Below the pieces are notes generated by a model that saw nothing but the letters and a program-made list of their open reading frames with translations, was not told where the DNA came from and searched no databases. Positions 28,437-37,685 of a stretch of DNA of 64,000 bases are shown piece after piece (the stretch's first letter is position 1; each line of letters opens with the position of its first letter). The stretch spans positions 13,751-77,750 of the forward strand of contig JAGLPW010000098.1 in assembly GCA_023137125.1 (NCBI GenBank), written 5' to 3'. Source of the DNA: Candidatus Cloacimonadota bacterium (lineage in GTDB: Bacteria; Cloacimonadota; Cloacimonadia; Cloacimonadales; TCS61). The position numbers and the translations under genes are program-made.

Positions 28437-30929
28437 ATGAATAAAATACAAAAACTTTTCCCCAAAATTATCTATTTACTACTTTGCTTATTCTTTTTAT
28501 TTTTTGGAATAAACGGTATTAGAAACCTGAAATTTCGTCCCGTTCTCCCTTTTACTTGGACAACCACCAATAGAGGAATTGCAATAAGTAACATTAATAT
28601 AAAGAATGGATCTTTGGCTAACAGCATCAATATTGGTGATATCCTATTAACTTTAGATGGAAGATCGATAATGGATGTCCGGGAAATTGAATTTTTGGTG
28701 GATGCAAAAAAGACAGGAGAAAGTTTAGAACTAGAATTACAGAGAGAATCTGAAACTTATACTGTTACTCTCATCCTTTCTTCAAAATGGAACAGGAGAT
28801 TCATCTTAACGAACCTTCTGCTGGGAATTTTATTTTGGTTAGTAGGAATATTCATTTATTTCATAAAACCTGCCGAAAAATCAGTTCGTGTTTTTTCACT
28901 TGGTTGTCTGGTGACTTCAGCAGCCATAATGATGGTTTGGTGGAGTTATCCATACAATAATAGCGCAATACAGGATTATTTGCCTTCCTTTTTATATTTC
29001 ATCTTTTATCCCACAATCCCTGCTATCGTTCTCTATTTCTCCTGCATCTATCCGGAAGAAAAAGAACTGCTTCGTAGAAATAAACTTTTTCATTATCTTC
29101 TTTTCATTCCCTGTTTTGCCTTTGTTTTATTATTGGAAGGCAGTTATCTTGCAGCAATAAAACTGGAAACTTATTCCTCTATAAGAACTTTCCTCAATGC
29201 TCTGGTTGCATTCAGAATATATTTCATCTTTTATATGGCATTGAGTATGTTCTGTTTCTTTCGGTCCTACAAATATGCTGTTAACAGGGAAGTACGGAAT
29301 AAAATCCTATGGATTTTATGGTCTATTAGTCTGGGAATAGCACCTTTTCTTTTGCTATGGACACTGCCACTTGCACTTATCCAGCGATCGTTGATCCCCG
29401 ATGAAATCAATTATCTATTCCTTATGATAATCCCTCTAGCAATTTCCTTTTCCATCGTTAAGTATAGATTATTTGATATTGAGATCATTATTAATCGTAG
29501 TATTGTATATCTGTTGGTCACAGGGATTATAGTATCCATTTATCTTCTATTAACTGGTTTTGTTGGATATTTTCTGGGAACAATGAACCCGAACAGAACC
29601 TATATATCGTTCACCATTATCTGTACTCTAATCGCTGCTATTCTGTTCTCTCCCCTCAAACAACGTATTCAGAATCTGGTTGATAAAACTTTTTATCGCT
29701 TGAAATACAATTATCGCTTGGCAGTAAAAGATTTTGGTAGTGCTGTATTCTCTACCCTCGATAAGACCGGATTGCTAAATTTACTGATGGAAAAGATTAA
29801 TGAAGTTTTCCCTGTTGAAGGGATTGCTCTTATTCTAAAGAACCCAGTTTCAGAGGATTACGAATTAAGCTGCAGTTATGGATTAAATAAAAATGAAAAA
29901 ACAGGGCTCCGCTTTAAACAGAACAGCGATCTGATTGAATTTATCGCTGAGCATAAATCTCCTATGATCAGAAAAGGTCGAGAAAGTTTTGCTCCAAGTA
30001 TTGAGTTACCCGATGTTCCTATTCTGAACAAGCTCGGAATCGAAATGCTGATTCCAATCACTTTTCAACATCAACTTTCAGGATTCCTAATTATAAGAAA
30101 AAAATTGTCAAAGGTCAAATTCTCGGAAGAAGATATCAGCTTGTTATCAACTATGCTGGAAGAAAGTTATATTGCCTTGGAACGTCTTAGAATGCAGGAA
30201 TCCATGATCCTGGAGAGAATTGAAAAAGAGAAATTGGAAGAACTCAACGAGCTGAAATCTGAATTCATCTCTCATGTTTCCCATGAACTTCGAACACCCA
30301 TCACAGCTATCTTCTGGTCAATAGAAAATATGCTTGACGGTGTTATTGAAAAACCGGAACCGAAAGTTATCGAATACCTTGAAGGGATCAGGGATAATAG
30401 CAAACACCTGGGTAGAATGATCGAGAACCTGCTGGATATAGCTAAGATCGAAAGTGGAAAAATTGATGTATATCCGGAAAGATTAATTTTGTTTCAGGAA
30501 TTAAACAAATGCTGCAACATTATGCAACCATTTTTCGAAGAGAAAGAAATTAAAATTGAACTATCCTGTCCAACTAAGCTAGAAATGGAAACAGATCCTG
30601 ATTTTTTCAGTACTATTATGACTAACCTTTTAAGCAACGCCATCAAACATTCTCCTCAAGGTAGTGTAATAGAGATTAAAGCAATAAAGATTAAAAAACA
30701 GATTGTGATATCAGTTAATGATAATGGTTCTGGTATCGAAAAATCTAAGCAAAAGAAAATATTCGAGCGTTTTGAAAGAGTGAAAACAGAAAATATAAAA
30801 AATGAAAAAGGACTTGGTTTGGGTTTGTACATTGTAAAGAAACTTGTAGATTTGCAGAATGGAGAGATCAAGGTAAAAAGTGAGATCAAAAAGGGAAGTA
30901 CATTCACAGTTACTTTTCTTGCAAAATAG
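28437..30929 (+). CDS. Sensor histidine kinase with an N-terminal PDZ-like domain, ~10 TM segments, a GAF-like linker, HisKA and HATPase_c
   Basis: 830 aa. H-box SHVSHELRTPIT. Also NLLSNAIKHS, DNGSGIE, GLGLGLYIVKKL. Confidence 0.85.
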   Translation: MNKIQKLFPKIIYLLLCLFFLFFGINGIRNLKFRPVLPFTWTTTNRGIAISNINIKNGSLANSINIGDILLTLDGRSIMDVREIEFLVDAKKTGESLELELQRESETYTVTLILSSKWNRRFILTNLLLGILFWLVGIFIYFIKPAEKSVRVFSLGCLVTSAAIMMVWWSYPYNNSAIQDYLPSFLYFIFYPTIPAIVLYFSCIYPEEKELLRRNKLFHYLLFIPCFAFVLLLEGSYLAAIKLETYSSIRTFLNALVAFRIYFIFYMALSMFCFFRSYKYAVNREVRNKILWILWSISLGIAPFLLLWTLPLALIQRSLIPDEINYLFLMIIPLAISFSIVKYRLFDIEIIINRSIVYLLVTGIIVSIYLLLTGFVGYFLGTMNPNRTYISFTIICTLIAAILFSPLKQRIQNLVDKTFYRLKYNYRLAVKDFGSAVFSTLDKTGLLNLLMEKINEVFPVEGIALILKNPVSEDYELSCSYGLNKNEKTGLRFKQNSDLIEFIAEHKSPMIRKGRESFAPSIELPDVPILNKLGIEMLIPITFQHQLSGFLIIRKKLSKVKFSEEDISLLSTMLEESYIALERLRMQESMILERIEKEKLEELNELKSEFISHVSHELRTPITAIFWSIENMLDGVIEKPEPKVIEYLEGIRDNSKHLGRMIENLLDIAKIESGKIDVYPERLILFQELNKCCNIMQPFFEEKEIKIELSCPTKLEMETDPDFFSTIMTNLLSNAIKHSPQGSVIEIKAIKIKKQIVISVNDNGSGIEKSKQKKIFERFERVKTENIKNEKGLGLGLYIVKKLVDLQNGEIKVKSEIKKGSTFTVTFLAK

Positions 30930-30941
30930 GAGAAAAGGAAA

Positions 30942-32294
30942 ATGAGAAATGAAAAAATATTGATCATTGATGATGATCCTCAGATCCGCATGTTACTTAA
31001 CGACCGATTAGAAATGAATAAATATATAGTAACTCAGGCAGAAAATGGGATACAAGGTCTCGATCTAATCCAAAGAGAAAACCCTGATCTTGTTCTACTG
31101 GATTTGATGATGCCTGAAATGGATGGGATGGAAGTTTTGAATCGGATTAACTGTGAGCATCCCGATCTAACTGTTATCATCTTAACTGCTTTTGGTACAA
31201 TTGAGAAAGCCATTGAAGCCATGAAATTGGGTGCTTATGATTTCTTACCAAAACCTTGTAAACCGGATCATATTCTACTGGTAGTAAAAAAAGCACTGGA
31301 ACGAAAAGGATTTAAGGAAGAAATTCAATTCCTCAAAGACGAGATCGAAAGCCAGTATGATATGTTTATCGGTGAAAGTAAAGAAATGAAAAGAGTAATG
31401 GAAATGGCTCATCGAGTTGCTGCCGGTAAAACTACAGTGCTGGTTGGTGGTGAAAGTGGAACCGGAAAACAACTTCTATCTCGGGCTATTCACGATATGA
31501 GCGATCGCAGTGACAAACCATTTGTTCAAGTAAATTGCACTACACTTTCTGAACATTTACTCGAATCAGATCTTTTCGGACATGAGAGAGGAGCCTTTAC
31601 TGGAGCACACCAGATGAAAAAAGGTCGAGTGGAGATGGCTCACAGAGGGACTCTGTTTTTAGATGAGATCGGTGATTTAACTCCTTCAATTCAAGCTAAG
31701 CTACTCCATTTTTTAGAACAAAATGAGTTTGAACGAGTTGGCGGTATGAGCCCAATGAAGGTTGATGTCCGGGTAATTGCTGCAACTAATAAAAATCTAA
31801 AGGATGAAGTTAAAGAGGGTAAATTCAGGGAAGATCTCTACTTTCGTCTGAATGTTGTAAATCTTACATTGCCACCACTAAGAAAAAGAGCTGAAGATAT
31901 AAAACTTTTAGCACAATATTTTTTAGCAAATTTCAATCGGATTTTACAAAAAAAAGTAAAGAAAATAAATTCTGAAGCTTTGAATATTATGAAAAAATAT
32001 CATTGGCCTGGAAATATCAGAGAACTAGAAAATGTTATTGAAAGAGCGATCGTACTGACACCAGAAGATGTGATCACTCCGGATTTACTGCCTATGCAAA
32101 TGACCAGTGAATCAGAAAAAACACTAAAGGTAGGTCTTCATATGGATGAAGCAATTCTTAAATTCAAACATCAGTTTATTACCCGTACTCTGAAATTTAC
32201 AAATTACAATCAAACTGAAGCTGCAATACTGCTGGATATTCAAAGAACATACCTGAATAGATTGATCAAAGAACTTAATATAAAAATCAAATAG
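30942..32294 (+). CDS. Sigma-54-dependent response regulator (NtrC family: REC-AAA+-HTH)
   Basis: 450 aa. REC domain (DLVLLDLMMPEMDG). Walker A GESGTGK. GAFTGA loop (HERGAFTGA). C-terminal Fis-type HTH. Confidence 0.9.
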   Translation: MRNEKILIIDDDPQIRMLLNDRLEMNKYIVTQAENGIQGLDLIQRENPDLVLLDLMMPEMDGMEVLNRINCEHPDLTVIILTAFGTIEKAIEAMKLGAYDFLPKPCKPDHILLVVKKALERKGFKEEIQFLKDEIESQYDMFIGESKEMKRVMEMAHRVAAGKTTVLVGGESGTGKQLLSRAIHDMSDRSDKPFVQVNCTTLSEHLLESDLFGHERGAFTGAHQMKKGRVEMAHRGTLFLDEIGDLTPSIQAKLLHFLEQNEFERVGGMSPMKVDVRVIAATNKNLKDEVKEGKFREDLYFRLNVVNLTLPPLRKRAEDIKLLAQYFLANFNRILQKKVKKINSEALNIMKKYHWPGNIRELENVIERAIVLTPEDVITPDLLPMQMTSESEKTLKVGLHMDEAILKFKHQFITRTLKFTNYNQTEAAILLDIQRTYLNRLIKELNIKIK

Positions 32295-32321
32295 TCACTT
32301 CTTCGCTTCAGATCCAAAATC

Positions 32322-32358
32322 GGTGTATGATATTTCAGACACAAGTGTCTAATACACC
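32322..32358. promoter_or_regulatory. Nested inverted repeat GGTGTAT-N8-AGACAC-AA-GTGTCT-A-ATACACC; candidate enhancer (UAS)
   Basis: Read directly. Lies 127-163 nt upstream of the sigma-54 promoter at 32485. A second inverted repeat, TGTATA-N6-TATACA, sits at 32446-32463. Confidence 0.4.
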
Positions 32359-32484
32359 ATAACTTTTTCTTTCATTCACTCATACACAATAGAACTTAAA
32401 ATCAATATAGAACACATCGTAAACTCTTGTTTTTAAAGAAGATATTGTATAGTGAATTATACACGAACTCTATGTGAATGACAC

Positions 32485-32500
32485 TGGCACAGTTTATGCA
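32485..32500 (+). promoter_or_regulatory. Sigma-54 (-24/-12) promoter TGGCACAGTTTATGCA
   Basis: Matches the consensus TGGCAC-N5-TTGCW with GG-N10-GC spacing. The AAGGAGG RBS and the ATG at 32528 follow 28 nt later. Lies immediately downstream of a sigma-54 activator gene. Confidence 0.8.
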
Positions 32501-32527
32501 GTAAAGAAGGTTAACAAGGAGGTAGTT

Positions 32528-33079
32528 ATGAGAACCAAATCTTTTTTAGCCATTTTATTAACAGTTGCCTTTCTAATGACATTCAATTGTCAGATTATTT
32601 CAGCCCAAACCGAGAATCCAAACACGCCAATTCGTTTTTCTGAGCGAAACATGGGAGGACCAAGGTTAGGAATAACCTATATTCCAGGTGATGGTGAACT
32701 TGTGCAGAAATTGAAAGATAATGGCATTGGTAACACTATTAGTCAATTCGGCTGGCACTTTGAATACGCAGTCATTCCTGAAGGCGGTGGCCCATCTTTT
32801 GTAATTGAGTTAATTCCGTTGGTTGGAGGTGTTGAATATGGGAAGTTTGTTCCTAGCGCCACATTAGCCATGGGGGTGCGTATGCCAAACGGTATAGAAT
32901 TTGGCATGGGACCCAATTTACTCTATGGTGGCGGAGATAATGTTAACTCGGCATTGGTACTGGCCATTGGGAAAAGTTTTAATTACGGTGGAGTAAGCAT
33001 TCCGATTAACCTTGTTTTTGTCACGAATCCGGATGGCAATAGAGTCTCAGTTATTTTTGGATATGCTATTGCTAAATAA
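32528..33079 (+). CDS. Exported Gly-rich protein, possibly a small outer-membrane protein
   Basis: 183 aa counted from the ATG with the AAGGAGG RBS. The tracked GTG start at 32474 would overlap the sigma-54 promoter. Signal peptide ...QIISAQ. Confidence 0.6.
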   Translation: MRTKSFLAILLTVAFLMTFNCQIISAQTENPNTPIRFSERNMGGPRLGITYIPGDGELVQKLKDNGIGNTISQFGWHFEYAVIPEGGGPSFVIELIPLVGGVEYGKFVPSATLAMGVRMPNGIEFGMGPNLLYGGGDNVNSALVLAIGKSFNYGGVSIPINLVFVTNPDGNRVSVIFGYAIAK

Positions 33080-33084
33080 TTATT

Positions 33085-33109
33085 GGCCCCAAATATCGGG
33101 GCCTTTTTT
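33085..33109 (+). terminator. Intra-operon rho-independent terminator/attenuator (GGCCCC AAATATC GGGGCC TTTTTT)
   Basis: Perfect 6-bp GC stem plus a T6 run, directly after the first gene of the sigma-54 operon. Confidence 0.7.
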
Positions 33110-33144
33110 CAATTTTAAAGAAACAAGATTTTAGGAGGATAATA

Positions 33145-33831
33145 ATGAAAACTCTAATTATGATTCTAATACTGGTATTTTTGAACGAATTATCTGCAGA
33201 TAATGATCGATCCAATGAGCTGCAGTTAGGATTCTATCTCGGAGCAGCAATTTCTCCTGCAGTTAAGGATGCTCACGGTGATCATATAAATTTTTCTGGT
33301 GAATATGAGGACACAGAAATTGGTGATATTAACATAAATCAGAATACGGTTTCGGGTATTAATGCCCGTTATTACTTCAGTGATTATCTAGGCGTCGTGG
33401 TAGATGTGATGTTTGCAACAGCAAAGTTCCCGGAACAGGAAGTTAGTTTACTTGGCTTTGAAATAACACAACCCAAATCTGATCTGGAATATAATTTGTT
33501 GTCGCTTGGGCCTATTGGCCGATATAAAGGAGAAGGAATCTGGCAGAATCTAAATCCATATACTTCTTTTGAAGTATCAATACTTAATGGAACAGCCAGT
33601 GATGTAAACATGTATCCAGATTACGGTGAAGGCGGATCGTCATCTATAGACGGAACTGGATTCAGCTTTAGTATTGGATCACAATACAACCTGGACATAT
33701 TTGTAATTTCAGTTGAATATCGATGTGAATACTTGGATTTGGAAATCGATCATTTTCGCAGCTTCGAAGAAGGAATAAGACTTACTAAGTATGGGTCGTA
33801 TATATGTTTAATTGGTAGTATTCGCTTTTAA
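33145..33831 (+). CDS. Outer-membrane beta-barrel protein (OmpW/porin-like small barrel)
   Basis: 228 aa. Signal peptide, alternating beta pattern, C-terminal ...GSIRF. Confidence 0.55.
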   Translation: MKTLIMILILVFLNELSADNDRSNELQLGFYLGAAISPAVKDAHGDHINFSGEYEDTEIGDININQNTVSGINARYYFSDYLGVVVDVMFATAKFPEQEVSLLGFEITQPKSDLEYNLLSLGPIGRYKGEGIWQNLNPYTSFEVSILNGTASDVNMYPDYGEGGSSSIDGTGFSFSIGSQYNLDIFVISVEYRCEYLDLEIDHFRSFEEGIRLTKYGSYICLIGSIRF

Positions 33832-33860
33832 GAAAAATAAATTTTCAAAGGAGAGAGAAG

Positions 33861-34424
33861 ATGAAGAAAGAAAACAGGGCACCAATTCATGAACAAAAGA
33901 TTCTTGAAGATCCGCAGCAATATACCTGGTTTGCACAGATCAGCAATATTGTCAGGTTGAAGAGGAAATTACCTGAAGATTTCAGTGTTTGGCCACTGCA
34001 GGAGAAAAACAAATCTGAGTTATCTGAGCTATATTCTACTTCTTACTCACGTAAAATAGTTAAGAATTTGGTTGAAGCACAAAAAGAAATGGATCATGTT
34101 TTTCAAAATGAGTATGGTCTGTTAGATTTTTCCGCTTCATTTAATGTTATGCATAAAAACATGATTGTAGCTTCGATTATAACAGTCAAACAAGCTCCCT
34201 GGGATGATACACCATCAGGTCCATTCATCATCGAGCTAATGGTTAAACCCTACCACAGGAGACTTGGAATAGCAGAATATCTCCTTCGACATATTGCAGT
34301 TAATTTAGCAGATAGTGGAGCTAAAACAATTGCATTGAGAGTGATGTCAGATAATATTAAAGCTCTCAAACTTTATCGTAAATGTGGTTTTGTAAGTTGG
34401 GATGACGCTTTGGAAGTAGTTTGA
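33861..34424 (+). CDS. GNAT-family N-acetyltransferase
   Basis: 187 aa. Acetyl-CoA motif A: HRRLGIAEYLLRHI...GAKTIALRV...ALKLYRKCGF. Confidence 0.75.
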   Translation: MKKENRAPIHEQKILEDPQQYTWFAQISNIVRLKRKLPEDFSVWPLQEKNKSELSELYSTSYSRKIVKNLVEAQKEMDHVFQNEYGLLDFSASFNVMHKNMIVASIITVKQAPWDDTPSGPFIIELMVKPYHRRLGIAEYLLRHIAVNLADSGAKTIALRVMSDNIKALKLYRKCGFVSWDDALEVV

Positions 34425-34442
34425 CAAAATGAGGAGAGAAAA

Positions 34443-35681
34443 ATGAAAGAAAAAATATATCCTGATAAACAGAAATTGTATAAACTCCCCTGGTCAACCA
34501 ACGAAAGTCCTATCGGCTGGTTGGAAGTAACCGACATCTGCAATATCCATTGTGAAGGTTGTTACCGTTTAAACAGAGATGGTCATAAACCATTTGAACA
34601 ACTCAAAGAAGAAATACTCCTACTTAAAAAATGGCGTAACTGTGATTCAATTACACTTGCAGGAGGAGAATCGCTTCTACATCCCAATATTCTGGATCTG
34701 GTAAAATTCATTAATAATAAAGGCATGAAAAGTGTTATCATCACAAATGGTGTTGCTTTAAATATGGAAATCCTGCAGAAGCTGAAAAAAGCAGGGTTAT
34801 CAGGTGTCAACTTTCATATAGATTCCACCCAGAACAGACCTGAATTCAAAGGAATCAAGGATGTTGGTGAAGCAGATGTGAATACTGTTCGAGTTAAATA
34901 TGCTAGAATGGTGAAAAAGGTTAAGGGACTTACCACTGGTTTTGGCATTACTGTCGATACAAATAATCTAACAGACATACCAAAATTTGTGCAATGGGGT
35001 ATTGAAAATATCCATGTGGTCAACAGTTTATCTTTTAAAACTTTTCGGGGATTGCTGGTAGAGCAAGGGTTCGAATATTTTGCTGGAAGTAAGAAAATTG
35101 AACTGAAAAAAGATAGTCTTGGTTATACGATTGGTCCGGAGAAGAAAGATAGGATTACAATAACTTCCAGTGATGTATATTCCACGATCAAACAGAATTT
35201 TCCTGAGTATGAAGCAAATTCATATTTAAGTGGAACTAGAGATTATAAGTCGCTGAAATGGATATTGGGAAATGTAATTCTGAACACAAAACATAAACTA
35301 TTTGGTGCTCTGGGAAAACGATCAATGGAGATCATCCAGACAGGTTATCATTTTTTATTCGGAACCTATCCTATTCACACCAAACGTAGATTTGGTAGAT
35401 CATTATTTTGGCTGGCTCTTTTTGATAAAACGGTTAGGAAAGCTTTTTGTAACTGGCTGAAGTATATTCTCGTTTTTCCAATAAGAGTTTTTTATCCGAT
35501 AAAAACACTGAACATCGGAATTGTTCAGCCTCCAGATCTATTACCGGATGGAAGTTGTGATATGTGTGAAGGCTGTCCTGATCTTTGTGTGTTCGAAGGT
35601 AAATTAGTGAATTCCTGTCGGTTAGACGAATACATCAAATACGGTTGTGTACTTCATGTTCACTCAGACACTAATTCTTAA
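34443..35681 (+). CDS. Radical SAM protein with an extra C-terminal Cys cluster
   Basis: 412 aa. CNIHCEGCY (CxxxCxxC), GGESLLHP, and C-terminal CDMCEGCPDLC (Cx2Cx2Cx3C). Confidence 0.8.
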   Translation: MKEKIYPDKQKLYKLPWSTNESPIGWLEVTDICNIHCEGCYRLNRDGHKPFEQLKEEILLLKKWRNCDSITLAGGESLLHPNILDLVKFINNKGMKSVIITNGVALNMEILQKLKKAGLSGVNFHIDSTQNRPEFKGIKDVGEADVNTVRVKYARMVKKVKGLTTGFGITVDTNNLTDIPKFVQWGIENIHVVNSLSFKTFRGLLVEQGFEYFAGSKKIELKKDSLGYTIGPEKKDRITITSSDVYSTIKQNFPEYEANSYLSGTRDYKSLKWILGNVILNTKHKLFGALGKRSMEIIQTGYHFLFGTYPIHTKRRFGRSLFWLALFDKTVRKAFCNWLKYILVFPIRVFYPIKTLNIGIVQPPDLLPDGSCDMCEGCPDLCVFEGKLVNSCRLDEYIKYGCVLHVHSDTNS

Positions 35682-35698
35682 CAATCATAATGGAGGTT

Positions 35699-36242
35699 AT
35701 GATGAAAACAGTAATATTAATTCTATTTTTGTTAATTATAATAACAAATTCGGCATTTAACGCGGAAGCAGACACAACCAAGAAAGCCTGGCTGGAAGTC
35801 GGTTTCGGCATAGGTAAGGTTAATGAAGTGACGAGTGAATGGAGTACCAAATTTGCTTTACTAGACAAAGAAAAGATCTACTCTATTCATTATATTGATT
35901 TCGATACCAATTTTGGACTTATCGGTCCTGTTATGAGGAAAGAGAGAAGTAGGCTTAGGTATTATAATGTTTCAGTTTTAGGAGTACAATACGGGATATG
36001 TACAGGGAGTAAAAAACTGCAGAATGAGTTTATCAGCAGGTTTGTCATACATAACGTTATTTACTGATCGGGATGATGATTCTATTAAGAAAGTAAAAAC
36101 TGTTGGCGTACCCTTATCTGCTGACCTGGACTTACTAATATTCAAATACTTTGGGTTTAAATCTTCTCTAAATATGATTTTAAACTCAGAACGACCACTT
36201 CTCTTTATAAACCTTGGTGTAATGTTGGGCAGACTTAGTTAG
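35699..36242 (+). pseudogene. Small OMP-like gene split across two frames (35690-36067 and 36024-36242)
   Basis: The two tracked ORFs overlap in different frames. Signal peptide in the first, beta-like pattern continuing in the second. An A6 run lies at about 36013-36018, near the junction. Either a frameshift or an assembly error. Confidence 0.4.
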
Positions 36243-36366
36243 GTTAAAATGAGTTTAGAGAGAGTCTTTTTAAATATACATCTAATGAATTACTTTACAG
36301 TTTCTTATACTTTTGATATTCATAACTACAGTTTTAATTTTATGTAGTAAAACTAGGAGAATATGT

Positions 36367-37455
36367 ATGATCTTTGAACGATTATGGAAAATAATCTTTT
36401 TTGTATTGTTAACTATTTTCTCCAGTTTCAGTTCGATTGCTTATGCTGATGCCAATAATCTGAATAAAAAGACTGTGAACCTTTTTCCCATTCTGATGTA
36501 TGATTCGGATATTGGTTTTGGATTGGGAGGGAAAGGTGTAATAAAAAATCAATTCCAAAGAAATGAATCATTTGATCTGATCTTGTTTGGCAGTACAAAA
36601 GGTGAACAGTGGTTTGTGTTCAATTTTTCATTTCCCGATGCTGAATTACGACAGGGCACATTATATTCCTTTTCGTTGGATCTGAAATGTGAATATGACA
36701 AGATATTGAAAAGCAATTTCTTTGGTTATGGAAATAATTCCAAAGACAATAATGAACAATTTCCTAAAGAATTTTTGAAGCTGGAATTAAAATTAGGCCA
36801 TGCATTCACAAAACAAATCATTGGGGAGACAGGAATATTTTTCAATCATACAAGTGTTTATAATTTTGAAAATAACGGTCTGATGTCTGGCAGCATAACA
36901 GGTGCAGGTGAAAACATTACATCATATCTCACATTTCGTTTACGATGGGATACGCGCAATAGCCAAATACATCCTGTTAGTGGGTGCAAAATTAGTCTGA
37001 ATTCAGATTTTACGAGGAAGTTGCTTAGCAGTGATTTTAAATTTAATAGATATCAACTCGAAGCAAATATATACAAAAAATTATTCACATCAGATCATAT
37101 CATTGCTGTACGATTTCTGGCACAACATATCGATGGTTCTGCACCATACTATGAACAAAGTATCATTGGAGGGACCTGGTCTGCCCGGGGATATAAAGTA
37201 GACCGTTTTATAGAGAAAAATATGACCCTGACTTCGCTGGAATATCGCTATCAATTTTATGAGTGGATCGGTGCTGTTTTTTTTATTGATTCAGGACGAG
37301 TCTACAGATCTCTGAGAAAACTCTCTCTGCAGGAGTGGCATAGCAGCTTAGGAACAGGATTAAGGTTCTATCCTGGGACATTTGTTGTTAGATTTGATAT
37401 TGGAGTGAGCAAAGAAGGAACCAGATTCTTCTTCAATTTCGGGCATGTATTTTAA
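36367..37455 (+). CDS. Omp85/surface-antigen (D15) type outer-membrane beta-barrel without obvious POTRA repeats
   Basis: About 362 aa counted from the ATG at 36367 (AGGAGA RBS; signal peptide ...SIAYA). Contains GGTWSARGY, and the C-terminus FFFNFGHVF ends in an aromatic residue. Confidence 0.5.
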   Translation: MIFERLWKIIFFVLLTIFSSFSSIAYADANNLNKKTVNLFPILMYDSDIGFGLGGKGVIKNQFQRNESFDLILFGSTKGEQWFVFNFSFPDAELRQGTLYSFSLDLKCEYDKILKSNFFGYGNNSKDNNEQFPKEFLKLELKLGHAFTKQIIGETGIFFNHTSVYNFENNGLMSGSITGAGENITSYLTFRLRWDTRNSQIHPVSGCKISLNSDFTRKLLSSDFKFNRYQLEANIYKKLFTSDHIIAVRFLAQHIDGSAPYYEQSIIGGTWSARGYKVDRFIEKNMTLTSLEYRYQFYEWIGAVFFIDSGRVYRSLRKLSLQEWHSSLGTGLRFYPGTFVVRFDIGVSKEGTRFFFNFGHVF

Positions 37456-37556
37456 ATTGAATAGCTTCTCTTTATATTAACTACAAGAATTTCCAAAATA
37501 TAGATAATATTATTTTATTCAATTTGATTTAAAGACATTTCGCTCTTCTATTTGAT

Positions 37557-37661
37557 TTAACGAATCTTATTATTATCCATTTCTAAAGCCTTCATAATAT
37601 GGTATATTTGCTGGATTTCTTTTATCAACTGAGTTCGAACTGAGGAGGTTTGGGGGTACCA
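37557..37661 (-). repeat. Copy 1 of a ~100-nt conserved element (second copy at 47026-47127)
   Basis: The plus strand ends ...GAGTTCGAACTGAGGAGGTTTGGGGGTACCA. The minus strand has an open frame, WYPQTSSVRTQLIKEIQQIYHIMKALEMDNNKIR*, with no in-frame ATG at its start. Confidence 0.6.
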
Positions 37662-37685
37662 TTAAGATAAATGCAAACGGTTATA

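Noticed and set aside
28285-28440. GTG-started 51-aa ORF whose TGA overlaps the ATG of the histidine kinase (possible leader peptide)
   Set aside because: It has no Shine-Dalgarno and uses a non-ATG start. An open frame of this length is expected by chance in AT-rich DNA. I kept it only as a note.
35990-36070. Programmed ribosomal frameshift in the split OMP-like gene
   Set aside because: There is no slippery heptamer plus downstream structure. An A6 homopolymer makes a sequencing error or a simple mutation more likely.
37651-37661. GGGGGTACCA at the end of the ~100-nt repeat matches the 3' end of tRNA-Arg (28137-28146); possible att site of an integrated element
   Set aside because: The identity covers only about 10 nt. 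The second copy reads GGGGGTATCA. No integrase, excisionase or phage genes are nearby. The rest of the T-arm does not match.
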